Of a stretch of DNA of 32,000 bases, positions 16,701 to 24,616 are shown one piece after another. A program made the translations under genes and the position numbers. Location: assembly GCF_000284115.1 (NCBI RefSeq), contig NC_017080.1, forward strand, positions 3,720,001-3,752,000. The letters run 5' to 3'. Position 1 is the first letter of the stretch. Each line of letters opens with the position of its first letter. The notes below the pieces were generated by a model, which saw nothing but the letters and a program-made list of their open reading frames with translations, was not told where the DNA came from and made no database searches. This stretch comes from Phycisphaera mikurensis NBRC 102666 (GTDB taxonomy: Bacteria > Planctomycetota > Phycisphaerae > Phycisphaerales > Phycisphaeraceae).

Positions 16701-17505
16701 ACACGTCGCCCAGCCGCGTCGCGGCGTAGACCTTCGCCGAGACCGTCCGCCCGTCACGCTGCACCGTCCCGCCGTTGGGGTCCACCGCCACCAGCGCCGC
16801 GTTGGTGGCGGCTCCCGGCCCGCCGTCCGCCACGACCGGCGCAAAGCTGCGCCCGCCGTCGGTGGAGCGGAACAGGCCCTGCTTGAAGGAGCCGTAGTAG
16901 ACGACGTCGGGGTCGTTCGCGTCGAAGGCGAGCCGCCGGCTGAACTTGTCCATCAGATCGCCCGCGGAGATGTCCACCGCGAGGTTCGCGGCCGTGAACG
17001 TCCGGCCGCCGTCCTCGGAGCGGTAGACGTTGCCGGGCGTGCCGAAGTCCTGCTGGTTGCCCGAGGCGAAGCCGCCGTAGCTCAGGAGCACGACGTCCGG
17101 GTCGGTGGGGTGCGTGGCCAGCGCCTCCACCCCGTAGGAGGTGCTGCTGCCCGGCAGCCGGTCGAAGCCGAAGCCCTCCGTGGTGACCATCTGCTCCCAC
17201 CGGCCCGGCTGGCCGGTGAGGCCGCCGGCGCCGGCGGGGTCCCAGCGGAAGGCGCCGCCGACGTCGCTGACGGCGTACCTCACGTCCTGCTGCGCCTCGC
17301 TGTAGACGACGTCCTGGATGAAGCCGCCGCCGCCGATGTTCACCGCGTTGAACTCGTAGAACGAGGTCGCGTCGATCACCGTGCCCGAGAGCAGCACCCG
17401 CTGCTCCAGCGACTCCAGCCCGTTGAAGGAGGGGACCGGTTCGACACGGGAGCGGGAGCGGGAGCGGGAGCGGGACCGGGCGCGGCCGAAGAGGCGGAGA
17501 GCCAT
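13762..17505 (-). CDS. Large secreted/surface protein: BNR/sortilin-like (xyloglucanase/GH74-like) repeats plus carbohydrate-binding-like modules
   Basis: 1247 aa; N-terminus FNGLESLEQRVLLSG (planctomycete LEPR-xLLSG-like); repeated RSEDGGRTF, RSTDGGRSF, STDGGVTF, WSTDGGQTWT, STDGGATWERS; C-terminal VTYQAENASLTAAG..., VEVVQIEAEEAILP..., VLEAEAAEAD... carbohydrate-binding-like modules. Confidence 0.85.
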   Translation of the reverse strand: MALRLFGRARSRSRSRSRSRVEPVPSFNGLESLEQRVLLSGTVIDATSFYEFNAVNIGGGGFIQDVVYSEAQQDVRYAVSDVGGAFRWDPAGAGGLTGQPGRWEQMVTTEGFGFDRLPGSSTSYGVEALATHPTDPDVVLLSYGGFASGNQQDFGTPGNVYRSEDGGRTFTAANLAVDISAGDLMDKFSRRLAFDANDPDVVYYGSFKQGLFRSTDGGRSFAPVVADGGPGAATNAALVAVDPNGGTVQRDGRTVSAKVYAATRLGDVFQSLDGGQSFANISDGTAVDGTFFQDIDLTPDGTVYISENYGGITRLPGGVAANGWTEAYPDRIVTAAVDPLDAQRIFAMSNDGTLHRSTDGGVTFDRMGRALRASPDTPWLAVTTEDYFSTAQLSIDPFRPDRLTVSSGIGVWNTSADQPTEAQDGDGVTWVSDSVGIEMMVARDAVHTSAGVVVAAEDRTAFLITDPAQSSAQVAIGLQQGSPIANGSSVDTPANDRDYVAAVSFNYQGGNYSNDPAYPTFSGYSTDGGATWQRFASVAGGTHPAPLAAGNLAVSTRAPGETVAETNLVWLPKDDYAPFFSLDNGATWQQSPSFDALDTRDADWQRFSFQHGHFNSYVKSRLLVADPVDAGTFYLYLNRLGVWSTTDGGQTWTQRATNNTQLPEYGFHAQLAATPGVSGDLWFASGRDAGAVVRNGLWHSTDGGATWERSPGWGRTFSVALGAAAAGSTDPTLYVSGVLEGRQGIYRSTNAGVDWQRMAEFPAGLHAEPYYLSASPTEVDDLYVGVAGYGFVHAVPDGDAPLSDEDREGFAVEDSVTYQAENASLTAAGVVNGIPDADGGTVDYWGTSSAVQWQSVDAGAGGPTRLDFRYANGSGQDRSTELFVDGVSVGTLAMGPTGSWTKHAVASLSVDLSAGLHTVRLQAYNSTGPNLDSMTVTTAGAAAVEVVQIEAEEAILPPGWRSGTDGTTTWIESEAGVQRMGPPVAGDPVLTYGFEVGTAGAYDLLARVQAPSFADNSFWVSVNGGGWMKWNGIRPDAGWQWATPQDQNGVVPSGPFQLDAGRHEVRILFREDGTRLDKLVVQPSLFAMPTGAGYEAGPLGPPRTAIGGGSNGTLVLEAEAAEADPAWVVRSVGAATYRVVPNGSTPSPVVFTPTSSTPTVRFSFDGAGRGDFRVAVGFLAGSSAFDDDSFFARVNGGAWQTFNGYDNTSARSVLLNGAYTPLGGSNLVEVALREDGLLLDKIEILPV

Positions 17506-17647
17506 GAGCGGAATCCTGGGGGTGCGGGTTGCTCCAGCGGAGCGGGAGGACGGGACCGGAAGCCGTGCGCTTCATCGTACGGAACTTTCTCTTCCGTTCA
17601 CGAGAACCCGTGAGCCACGACCCCCGGCGCTTCTCCCCCCGCCGGCC

Positions 17648-17980
17648 GCCACGCCGCTTGCGGGGTGGCGAGCGCGGGAGGTGGTTGCGATGCGGCCACC
17701 CCCCAAGGGGCGTGGCACCCGGGGGCCCCGATCAAGCGGAAATCTCGGGTGCCACGCCGCTTGCGGGGTGGCGCGCGAAGGGTCGTCGCGACGCGGCCAC
17801 CCCCCAAGGGGCGTGGCACCCGGAGACCCCAACCAAGCGGAGATCTCGGGCGCCACGCCGCTTGCGGGGTGGCGAGTGCGGGAGGCGGTTGCGATGTGGC
17901 CACCCCCCAAGGGGCGTGGCACCCGGGGGCCCCGAGCAAGCGGGGATCTTGGGCGCCACGCCGCTTGCGGCGTGGCACCC
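17648..17980. repeat. Cluster B of the same nested palindromic repeats: three near-full tandem copies (~102-bp period) plus one collapsed copy
   Basis: 17648-17720, 17747-17821, 17848-17924 and collapsed GGGCGCCACGCCGCTTGCGGCGTGGCACCC at 17951-17980; linkers share CAAGCGG(A/G)(A/G)ATCT. Confidence 0.92.
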
Positions 17981-18009
17981 GGCCGGTGTGGGAGGGGTGG
18001 ACGGCCGGG

Positions 18010-18021
18010 TAGCTTCCGCGG
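18010..18021 (+). promoter_or_regulatory. Putative -10 box (TAGCTT) for a leaderless transcript
   Basis: TAGCTT-CCGCGG-ATG; identical to the mod upstream 15-mer. Confidence 0.5.
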
Positions 18022-18972
18022 ATGGCCCACCGCGTGATCGTGACCGAGGAGCTGGACGAGGCGAAGGCGGCGTGGCTGGGGGAGCGGGTGGACCTCGTGC
18101 GGCACCGGTTCGATGCGCCGGGCTTCGAGCGGGCGCTTGCCGGAGCGGATGGGTTGATCGTGCGGACCTACACGGTGGTCGACGAGGCGCTGCTGGCGGC
18201 GGCGCCGCGGCTGAAGGTCGTTGGGCGGGCCGGCGTGGGGCTGGACAGCATCGACGTGGCGGCGTGCCGGGCGGCGGGCGTGGAGGTGGTCCACACGCCC
18301 GACGCGAACACGCAGGCGGTGGTGGAGTACGTGCTGGGCCTCCTGCTCGACCGGTTCCGGCCGAGGACGGACCTCGCCGCGGACGCGGGCGACGCGGCGT
18401 TCTTCGCGCTGCGGAAGAGCGAGACGGGCGTGGAGCTCGCGGGGATGACGCTGGGGATCCTCGGCTTCGGCCGGATCGGCAAGCGGCTGGGGCAGGCGGC
18501 GGCGGCCCTGGGCATGGCGGTCGTCGCGGCGGACGTCCTGCCGGAGCAGACCCTGCGGGCGGCGGCCGGCGACTACGCGTGGGACCACCTCTCGCAGGCC
18601 GAGCTGCTGGAACGCGCGGACGTGGTGACGCTGCACGCGGACGGGCGGGAGGCCAACCGGCACATGATCGGCGCGGCGGAGCTGGAGCGGCTCAAGCCCG
18701 GGGCCCTGTTCGTCAACGCGGCGCGGGGCTTCCTCGTCGACGGCGCGGCGCTGGCGGGCTGGCTGCGGGCGAATCCCGGCGGGTCCGCGGTGCTCGACGT
18801 GCACGACCCCGAGCCGCCGCCGGCCGACGACCCGCTGCGGACGCTGCCGAACGCTCGCCTGCTGCCGCACCTGGCGTCGCGGACGGTGGTGGCGCTGGCG
18901 AACATGAGCGGCGTGGTGGAGGACGTCGACCGGGTGCTGCGGGGGCAGACGCCTCGGCACCCGGCGCCCTGA
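18022..18972 (+). CDS. D-3-phosphoglycerate dehydrogenase-like 2-hydroxyacid dehydrogenase
   Basis: LKVVGRAGVGLDSIDVAACRAAGVEVVHTPDANTQAVVEYVLG...GMTLGILGFGRIGKRLGQAAAALG...LKPGALFVNAARGFLVD. Confidence 0.9.
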   Translation: MAHRVIVTEELDEAKAAWLGERVDLVRHRFDAPGFERALAGADGLIVRTYTVVDEALLAAAPRLKVVGRAGVGLDSIDVAACRAAGVEVVHTPDANTQAVVEYVLGLLLDRFRPRTDLAADAGDAAFFALRKSETGVELAGMTLGILGFGRIGKRLGQAAAALGMAVVAADVLPEQTLRAAAGDYAWDHLSQAELLERADVVTLHADGREANRHMIGAAELERLKPGALFVNAARGFLVDGAALAGWLRANPGGSAVLDVHDPEPPPADDPLRTLPNARLLPHLASRTVVALANMSGVVEDVDRVLRGQTPRHPAP

Positions 18973-18984
18973 CGGCCGGCGGGA

Positions 18985-19314
18985 TCAGCCGGTTCGCTCG
19001 ACGTTCACGACGCGGACGTTGCGCCGGAGCGGGTCGCCAAGATCCGCCGGCGGTCCGACTTCCCGCGGCTTCGGCGTGGCGTCGATGCCCAGCGCGTCTC
19101 CGGCGAGCACGATCAGGCGGCAGATCCCGAAGGCGAGCACGCCGGTGCCCAGCGCCACCACGGCGGTGAGCAGCAGCGGGACGGCGGCCACGATCGCCGC
19201 GGAGACCAGCCCGACCTTCAGCGGCCACGCCCAGCCGCGGAGGGTTCGCGCCGCGGCGGCGGGATCTCGCATGAAGGCGGCACCCGGGCCGCTCTGGAAG
19301 GTCTCGAAGCGCAT
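18985..19314 (-). CDS. Small hypothetical membrane protein
   Basis: MRFETFQSGPGAAFMRDPAAAARTLRGWAWPLKVGLVSAAIVAAVPLLLTAVVALGTGVLAF...; in-frame extension to 19422 possible. Confidence 0.55.
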   Translation of the reverse strand: MRFETFQSGPGAAFMRDPAAAARTLRGWAWPLKVGLVSAAIVAAVPLLLTAVVALGTGVLAFGICRLIVLAGDALGIDATPKPREVGPPADLGDPLRRNVRVVNVERTG

Positions 19315-19454
19315 CGCCAAGACGGTACGGCTCCGGTCGGCGGTGGGTTCGCGATTCCGCGTCGGCGGGCTGAAGTGGTCGGCCGGTCGCTCCGATGAAA
19401 CCGGCACAACCCTCGCGGCCACTCCTCATGGCCTTCCTCTTCCCGGAGCACCCA

Positions 19455-20339
19455 ATGTCACCCGCCACCGCCACGACCGACGCCGAGACCGAAGCGATGA
19501 TCCGAGGCTCGATCGACGAGATCTCGCACATCGCCACGCTGCCCGAGGTCACGCTGAAGATCATCGAGCTCGTCGACAACCCCGACTCGACGGCGCAGGA
19601 CCTCAACAAGATCATCAGCCACGACCCGGCGCTGGGCGCCCGCATCCTCAAGGTCGTGAACTCGGCCTTCTACGGCCTGCCCGGCCAGATCGGCTCGATC
19701 AACCGGGCGATCGTGCTGCTGGGCCTCAACGCGGTGAAGAACATCGCGATCGCCGCGTCCCTCACCAAGCTGTTCCGCGGGGGGAAGATCTGCGACGGCT
19801 TCGACGCCCGCGAGCTCTGGTCGCACTGCATCGCCACCGCCACCGCCTGCCGCCTGCTCGCCGAGCGGGCGAAGCTGGGCAAGGGCGACGAGGCCTTCCT
19901 CGCCGGCCTGATCCACGACATCGGGATCATGGTGGAGATCCAGGCCCGCCGCACCGACTTCGTGGAGGCGGTCAACCACGCCGTCGCCAGCGAGGGCACG
20001 TTCCGCGCGTCGGAGATCGCCGTGCTCGGTGCGACGCACGAGCAGTTCGGCGCGGCCCTGTGCAAGACGTGGAAGTTCCCCGAGACGTTCCAGAACGTCG
20101 CCGGCTTCCACCACGAACCCCGCCTCCTGCCCGAGGGCGCCCGCGCCCTCGCCGTGCTCGTGCACATCGCCGACCACCTCACCAAGACGCTGGAGCTTGG
20201 CTTCACGCTGGACGTCGAGGGGGAGCTGGACCCGGCCCTCGTCGCCGAGTTGAACCTGACCCAGGCGGATCTCGACGAGATCGCCACCGGGCTGCCCGAG
20301 GCCATCGCCGAGGCGCAGGGCGTCTTCAGCGGCGGCTGA
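19455..20339 (+). CDS. HDOD-domain protein
   Basis: HIATLPEVTLKIIELVDNPDSTAQDLNKIISHDPALGARILKVVNSAFYGLPGQIGSINRAIVLLGLNAVKNIAIAASLTKLF; SD GGAG upstream. Confidence 0.9.
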   Translation: MSPATATTDAETEAMIRGSIDEISHIATLPEVTLKIIELVDNPDSTAQDLNKIISHDPALGARILKVVNSAFYGLPGQIGSINRAIVLLGLNAVKNIAIAASLTKLFRGGKICDGFDARELWSHCIATATACRLLAERAKLGKGDEAFLAGLIHDIGIMVEIQARRTDFVEAVNHAVASEGTFRASEIAVLGATHEQFGAALCKTWKFPETFQNVAGFHHEPRLLPEGARALAVLVHIADHLTKTLELGFTLDVEGELDPALVAELNLTQADLDEIATGLPEAIAEAQGVFSGG

Positions 20340-20461
20340 AGCCGACCGGGGTTCCCGGGCCCCTCGCGGGCTCGGGGCGGGGCCGCCCGGACGCGGGCCC
20401 GCGCCGGCAAGGACGCCGTCCGGAGGAGGAAACCGCCACCGCACGGCGGAAGAGGAACGCG

Positions 20462-20485
20462 ACCCGGGCCTTCACCGGCCCGGGT
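20462..20485. terminator. Putative bidirectional hairpin between convergent HDOD and recJ genes
   Basis: ACCCGGGCC-TTCACC-GGCCCGGGT perfect 9-bp stem followed by TT. Confidence 0.4.
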
Positions 20486-20505
20486 TTGCGCTGCGCGCCG
20501 CGGGC

Positions 20506-22368
20506 TCATCGGCGGACCGCGGGCCCTCCGGGGGAGGCGGGCCGGAAGTCGACCAGGTGCAGCTCCGGCCGCGTTCTGCCGTTCCAGGTGTTGAGCTTGA
20601 GCTCGGCGATGGCGTCGAGGCGGTCGCCCACGGCGTGCAGCTCGGCGTCGTCGCCGCGGCCGAAGGCGACGGCTCGGAGGCTGCGGTTGCCCAGCCGAAG
20701 CTGGAAGCAGGCATGGGCCCCGCGGCCGCCCATGCGGCACGGCGGACGCTCGATCTCGAGCCCGCGGAGCCGGACCTTCGGCCGCGGGTTGCCCATGCCG
20801 AAGGGGGCCATCCGCGTGAGCGCGTCGATGGCCTCGGCGGCGAGGTCGTCCTCCCCCGCGTCGCCGTCGTGCCGGACCTCCCGGCACAGCCGCTCGGCGG
20901 GCAGCACCGCGGCGACGGCGTCGTTGAGCGCGGCGCGGAAGGCGTCCAGCGCGGCGGGCTGGAGCGTCATCCCGGCGGCCATGCGGTGGCCGCCGAAGGC
21001 GAGCAGGTGGCCGGCGCAGGCGGACAGGCAGGCGTGCAGGTCGACGCCGCCGACGGAGCGGGCGGAGCCGCGGAGCTGGCCCTCGGGCGTGCCGGCGAGC
21101 AGCACGACCGGGCGGAAGTAGCGCTCGACGAGGCGCGACGCGACGATCCCGACGACGCCGGGGTGCCAGTCCGCGCCGGCGAGCACGATCACCCGGCGGT
21201 CTTCGGTGGCGTGGCCGCCGGCCTCCACGGCCTCGGTGGCCTCGGCCAGCACCTCCCGCTCGACCTGCCGCCGGCAGTCGTTCTCGGCGGTGAGCGTGTG
21301 GGCGAGGTCCTCGGCGCGCCGGCCGGTGGCGGTGGTGAGCAGCTCCACCGCCTCGGCGGCGTGCCCCATGCGGCCGCAGGCGTTGATCCGCGGCCCGATC
21401 ACGAAGCCGACGTGCGTGGCGGAGACCTCCTCGCCGTCGAGCTTGGCGGCGCGGATGAGCGCGGCGAGGCCGGGCAGCCGCGTTGCCTTGAGCCGCTTGA
21501 GGCCGTTGGCGACGATGCGCCGGTTCACGCCGCAAAGCGGCACGAGGTCGGCGACGGTGCCCATCGCGGCGAGCGACAGGAGGTCGACCAGCTTGTCCTT
21601 GAGCGGCGGGGGCAGGCGCGGCGTGCCCATCGCGACGCGGGCGGTCGCCCAGGCGAGGAAGAAGGCGACGCCGGCGCCGCACGGCGGCGGATCGAAGCCC
21701 TCCGCGGGCGTTCCGCCGAGCTCGGGGTGGACGAGCAGCGCGTCAGGGGGCGAGCCCTCCGGCGGCCGGTGGTGGTCGGTGACGATCAGGTCGAGGCCCA
21801 GCTCGGCCGCCCGCGCCGCGGCCCCGACGGCGGTGATCCCGCAGTCGACCGTGACCACCAGCGGCGGCGTGCCGTCGCCGGGATCCAGCGCGGGGTGCGT
21901 CGCGTACCGGGCGATCCGCTCCAGCGCCTCGGCGTGCAGGCCGTAGCCCTCCTCGACGCGGTGCGGCACGTAGGTGCCGACGCGCGGCCCGCCGGCGGGA
22001 CCGACCCGCCGCCCCAGGTCGGTGAGCACGTGCCAGAGGATCGAGGCGGCGGTGATGCCGTCGACGTCGTAGTCGCCGTACACGATGACCGGCCGCCCCG
22101 CCGCCACCGCGGCGGCGAGCCGCGCGGCCGCGGCGGGCACGCCCGGGAGCGCGTCCGGCTCGGGCAGCTCCGACAGCCGCGGGTCGAGGAAGGCCGCGGC
22201 CGCGTCGGGGTCGGCGTGGCCACGCTGCACCAGCAGCCGCGCCACCAGCGGGCTCACGCGCAGCGCCGACGCGATCGCCCGCAGCCGGGCGGGGTCGGCG
22301 GTGAGCGTCGGGTTCTCTCCCCCGCGCTCGATCCAGCGGGAGAGCGTCTGCATCCTTGCGACGGTCAT
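20506..22368 (-). CDS. recJ: Single-stranded-DNA-specific exonuclease RecJ
   Basis: VIVYGDYDVDGITAASILWHVL, VTVDCGITAVGAAARAAELGLDLIVTDHHRP, PPPCGAGVAFFLAWA, LVDLLSLAAMGTVADLVPL, GHRMAAGMTL. Confidence 0.93.
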   Translation of the reverse strand: MTVARMQTLSRWIERGGENPTLTADPARLRAIASALRVSPLVARLLVQRGHADPDAAAAFLDPRLSELPEPDALPGVPAAAARLAAAVAAGRPVIVYGDYDVDGITAASILWHVLTDLGRRVGPAGGPRVGTYVPHRVEEGYGLHAEALERIARYATHPALDPGDGTPPLVVTVDCGITAVGAAARAAELGLDLIVTDHHRPPEGSPPDALLVHPELGGTPAEGFDPPPCGAGVAFFLAWATARVAMGTPRLPPPLKDKLVDLLSLAAMGTVADLVPLCGVNRRIVANGLKRLKATRLPGLAALIRAAKLDGEEVSATHVGFVIGPRINACGRMGHAAEAVELLTTATGRRAEDLAHTLTAENDCRRQVEREVLAEATEAVEAGGHATEDRRVIVLAGADWHPGVVGIVASRLVERYFRPVVLLAGTPEGQLRGSARSVGGVDLHACLSACAGHLLAFGGHRMAAGMTLQPAALDAFRAALNDAVAAVLPAERLCREVRHDGDAGEDDLAAEAIDALTRMAPFGMGNPRPKVRLRGLEIERPPCRMGGRGAHACFQLRLGNRSLRAVAFGRGDDAELHAVGDRLDAIAELKLNTWNGRTRPELHLVDFRPASPGGPAVRR

Positions 22369-22374
22369 CGGCGG

Positions 22375-22380
22375 AGGTTA
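22375..22380 (-). promoter_or_regulatory. Putative -10 box (TAACCT) for a leaderless recJ transcript
   Basis: Minus-strand TAACCT-CCGCCG-ATG(22368). Confidence 0.45.
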
Positions 22381-22384
22381 TCCG

Positions 22385-22430
22385 CCGCGGACCGCGGGCC
22401 CGCCCGAGCGAAACGGGCCGCGGTCCGCGG
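22385..22430. repeat. 46-bp intergenic inverted-repeat element, copy 4
   Basis: CCGCGGACCG (22385-22394) - 26 bp - CGGTCCGCGG (22421-22430); arms extend inward to a 13-bp perfect IR. Confidence 0.88.
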
Positions 22431-22479
22431 AACGCGGTGCCGCGGGGCCGGGGTTCCGGGTGTTCGGGGGCGTCGCGGC

Positions 22480-23988
22480 CTACTGCCCCTGGCCGAGCGA
22501 GAAGCCCGCCTCGCCGTCGAAGGTGCACAGGTGCTCGGTCTTGATGAAGTCCAGCCCGGCGTCGGCGAGCCGGGTCAGCAGGCCGAGGACCTGCCGGTGC
22601 GAGGCCTCGCCCCCGCCCCGGGGCACGAAGCGGCAGCGCCAGTGGTCGGTGCAGAAGGTTTCGGGGAAGCCCTCCGGCCACACCTTCACGCCCCGGTTGG
22701 TGATCATCTGCAGCTGGAGCGGCTGGCCATCGGCCGCCGCGTGGAGCTCCGCGGCGAGCGCGTCGGGGTCCCGCTCCGCCGGGTCCCAGTCCAGGAAGAC
22801 GTCCACCCCGACGAGCGCCTTCACCGGCTTCTCCCGCGTCGCCGGCCCGACGCCCGGGGCCGCGCGATCCGCGACCCCGGCATAGACCGCGGCCGGCAGG
22901 TGCTCGGGCCGCTGGCCGAGCCGCTGGATCACCGCGTCGGCGAAGGCGCGGGTGCCGACCGGGTCGTGGCCCCGGCCGTCGTGCAGGTCGGCGGTGTGCA
23001 CGCCGTCCTCGATCGTGCGGAGCACCGCGTTGTGGATCTTCTCGGCGGCCCCGGGCTTGTTGAGGTGCACGAGCATCTGCACGGCCGCGAGCAGCAGGCC
23101 CGTGGGGTTGGCGACGTCGCGCCCGGCGATGTCGGGGGCGCTGCCGTGGATCGCCTCGAACATCGAGCAGGTGTCGCCGATGTTCGAGGTGCCGCACAGG
23201 CCGACGCTGCCGGCGATCTGGGCGGCGATGTCCGAGAGCACGTCGCCGTAGAGGTTCAGCGTGAGGATCACGTCGAAGCGCTCGGGCCGGTCGGCGAGCA
23301 TCGCGGCGCCGATGTCGATGATCCAGTGGTCCGACTCGATCTCGGGGTACTCGCCGCGGATCTCGTCGAAGACCCGGTGGAAGAGGCCGTCGGTCGCCTT
23401 CATGATGTTGTCCTTCGTGAAGCAGCTGACCCGCTTGCGGCCGGCGGCGCGGGCGTACTCGAAGGCGTGGCGGACGATCTTCTCGCAGCCGGGCCGCGAG
23501 ATGAGCTTGAGGCACTGCGTCACCTCGGCCGTCTGGCGGTGCTCGATGCCGCCGTAGGTGTCCTCCTCGTTCTCGCGGACGATCACGACGTCCATGCCCG
23601 GGTGCCGGCTCCCGACGAAGGGCGCGTAGGCGACGCACGGGCGTACGTTCGCGTAAAGCCCCAGCGTCTTGCGGGTCGTCACGTTCAGCGACTTGTAGCC
23701 GCCGCCCTGGGGCGTGGTGATCGGGGCCTTCAGGAACACCCGGTGCTTCCGGAGCGTGTCCCACGAAGAGGCCTCGATGCCCGCGGAGACGCCGCGCTCG
23801 TAGACCTTCTTGCCGATCTCGATGGTGTCGTAGACCAAGCCGGCACCGGCCGCGTCGAGCACGCGGAGCGTCGCGTCCATGATCTCGGGGCCGATGCCGT
23901 CGCCGTGCGCGACGGCCACGGTGACGGAGGCCGGGGGATCGGGGAGGTCCAGCGGGCGGTCCGGGGCGGTCGAGGGGGCGGCGGGCAT
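22480..23988 (-). CDS. icd: NADP-type isocitrate dehydrogenase with C-terminal extension
   Basis: VTVAVAHGDGIGPEIMDATLRVL...RENEEDTYGGIEHRQT...LNLYGDVLSDIAAQIAGSVGLCGTSNIGD...MFEAIHGSAPDIAGRDVANPTGLLLAAVQML; start at 23988 preferred over 24078 (see promoter). Confidence 0.85.
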   Translation of the reverse strand: MPAAPSTAPDRPLDLPDPPASVTVAVAHGDGIGPEIMDATLRVLDAAGAGLVYDTIEIGKKVYERGVSAGIEASSWDTLRKHRVFLKAPITTPQGGGYKSLNVTTRKTLGLYANVRPCVAYAPFVGSRHPGMDVVIVRENEEDTYGGIEHRQTAEVTQCLKLISRPGCEKIVRHAFEYARAAGRKRVSCFTKDNIMKATDGLFHRVFDEIRGEYPEIESDHWIIDIGAAMLADRPERFDVILTLNLYGDVLSDIAAQIAGSVGLCGTSNIGDTCSMFEAIHGSAPDIAGRDVANPTGLLLAAVQMLVHLNKPGAAEKIHNAVLRTIEDGVHTADLHDGRGHDPVGTRAFADAVIQRLGQRPEHLPAAVYAGVADRAAPGVGPATREKPVKALVGVDVFLDWDPAERDPDALAAELHAAADGQPLQLQMITNRGVKVWPEGFPETFCTDHWRCRFVPRGGGEASHRQVLGLLTRLADAGLDFIKTEHLCTFDGEAGFSLGQGQ

Positions 23989-24045
23989 AACGGGGAGCGT
24001 TTCGGGGCGGGCGGGCGGGCGGGCGATCCGCCGCGGCGGTCGCTT

Positions 24046-24074
24046 TTGGCAAAGCCGATTGCATGAAGTAAGGT
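24046..24074 (+). promoter_or_regulatory. sigma70-type promoter for the divergent HTH gene
   Basis: TTGGCA (24046-24051) - 17 bp - TAAGGT (24069-24074). Confidence 0.5.
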
Positions 24075-24080
24075 TCATGA

Positions 24081-24109
24081 ATCCTAGATCGACTCCTCCC
24101 GCACGTCAA
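24081..24109 (-). promoter_or_regulatory. sigma70-type promoter for icd
   Basis: Minus strand TTGACG (24109-24104) - 17 bp - TAGGAT (24086-24081). Confidence 0.6.
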
Positions 24110-24113
24110 CCCG

Positions 24114-24455
24114 ATGCCCAAGACCCGGAAGAACCCCGGCCCCGCCCCCGCCCCCGCCCCCGCCCCCGCCAGGGAGGCGGCGCCACGCTTCACCTTTCTC
24201 ACGAACCATTCCCACGTGCTGCTGCTGCTCGCGGGCGAGCCGGCGCTGCGGGTACGCGACCTCGCGGCCCGCGTCGACGTCACCGAGCGGGCGGTGCAGA
24301 AGATCCTCGCCGACCTGGTCGCGGTGGGGGTGCTGACCCGCGAGCGGGAGGGGCGGCGGAACCGGTACGAGGTCCACCCCGAGCGGTCGCTGCGGCACCC
24401 GGTGGAGTCCCACCGCACGGTGGCGGACCTGATCGCGATGGTGCACGGGGCGTAG
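24114..24455 (+). CDS. Winged-HTH transcriptional regulator with N-terminal (PA)n tract
   Basis: MPKTRKNPGPAPAPAPAPAREAAPRFTFLTNHSHVLLLLAGEPALRVRDLAARVDVTERAVQKILADLVAVGVLTREREGRRNRYEV. Confidence 0.85.
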   Translation: MPKTRKNPGPAPAPAPAPAREAAPRFTFLTNHSHVLLLLAGEPALRVRDLAARVDVTERAVQKILADLVAVGVLTREREGRRNRYEVHPERSLRHPVESHRTVADLIAMVHGA

Positions 24456-24616
24456 CCGAGCCCGTGCGACGGGCGCCCGGGAATGCGTTGCTGCGCGACC
24501 GGAAACGGGGCGTCCGCGGCGGCGAGGGTGTCGCCGGGGCGGTGTTGCCGCTGCGCGGGGGATCGGGCCGATCCCGGGCTTGCATGCCGCTGCCCCGAAC
24601 CCCCGTCGCGCGTCCG

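Noticed and set aside
17648-17980. CRISPR array at the ~102-bp-period repeats
   Set aside because: Conserved portion is longer than a CRISPR repeat, linkers are themselves homologous rather than unique spacers, and no cas genes are in the window.
17529-19169. Plus-strand ORF with repeated 'CGHPPRGVAPGG' peptides
   Set aside because: The peptide repeats are just translation of the nested palindromic DNA array; the real gene starts at 18022 in another frame.
20506-20555. Further copy of the 46-bp element at the end of recJ (GGCGGACCG at 20511-20519)
   Set aside because: No matching right arm at the 26-bp spacing (AAGTCGACCA found); counted as a chance half-site.
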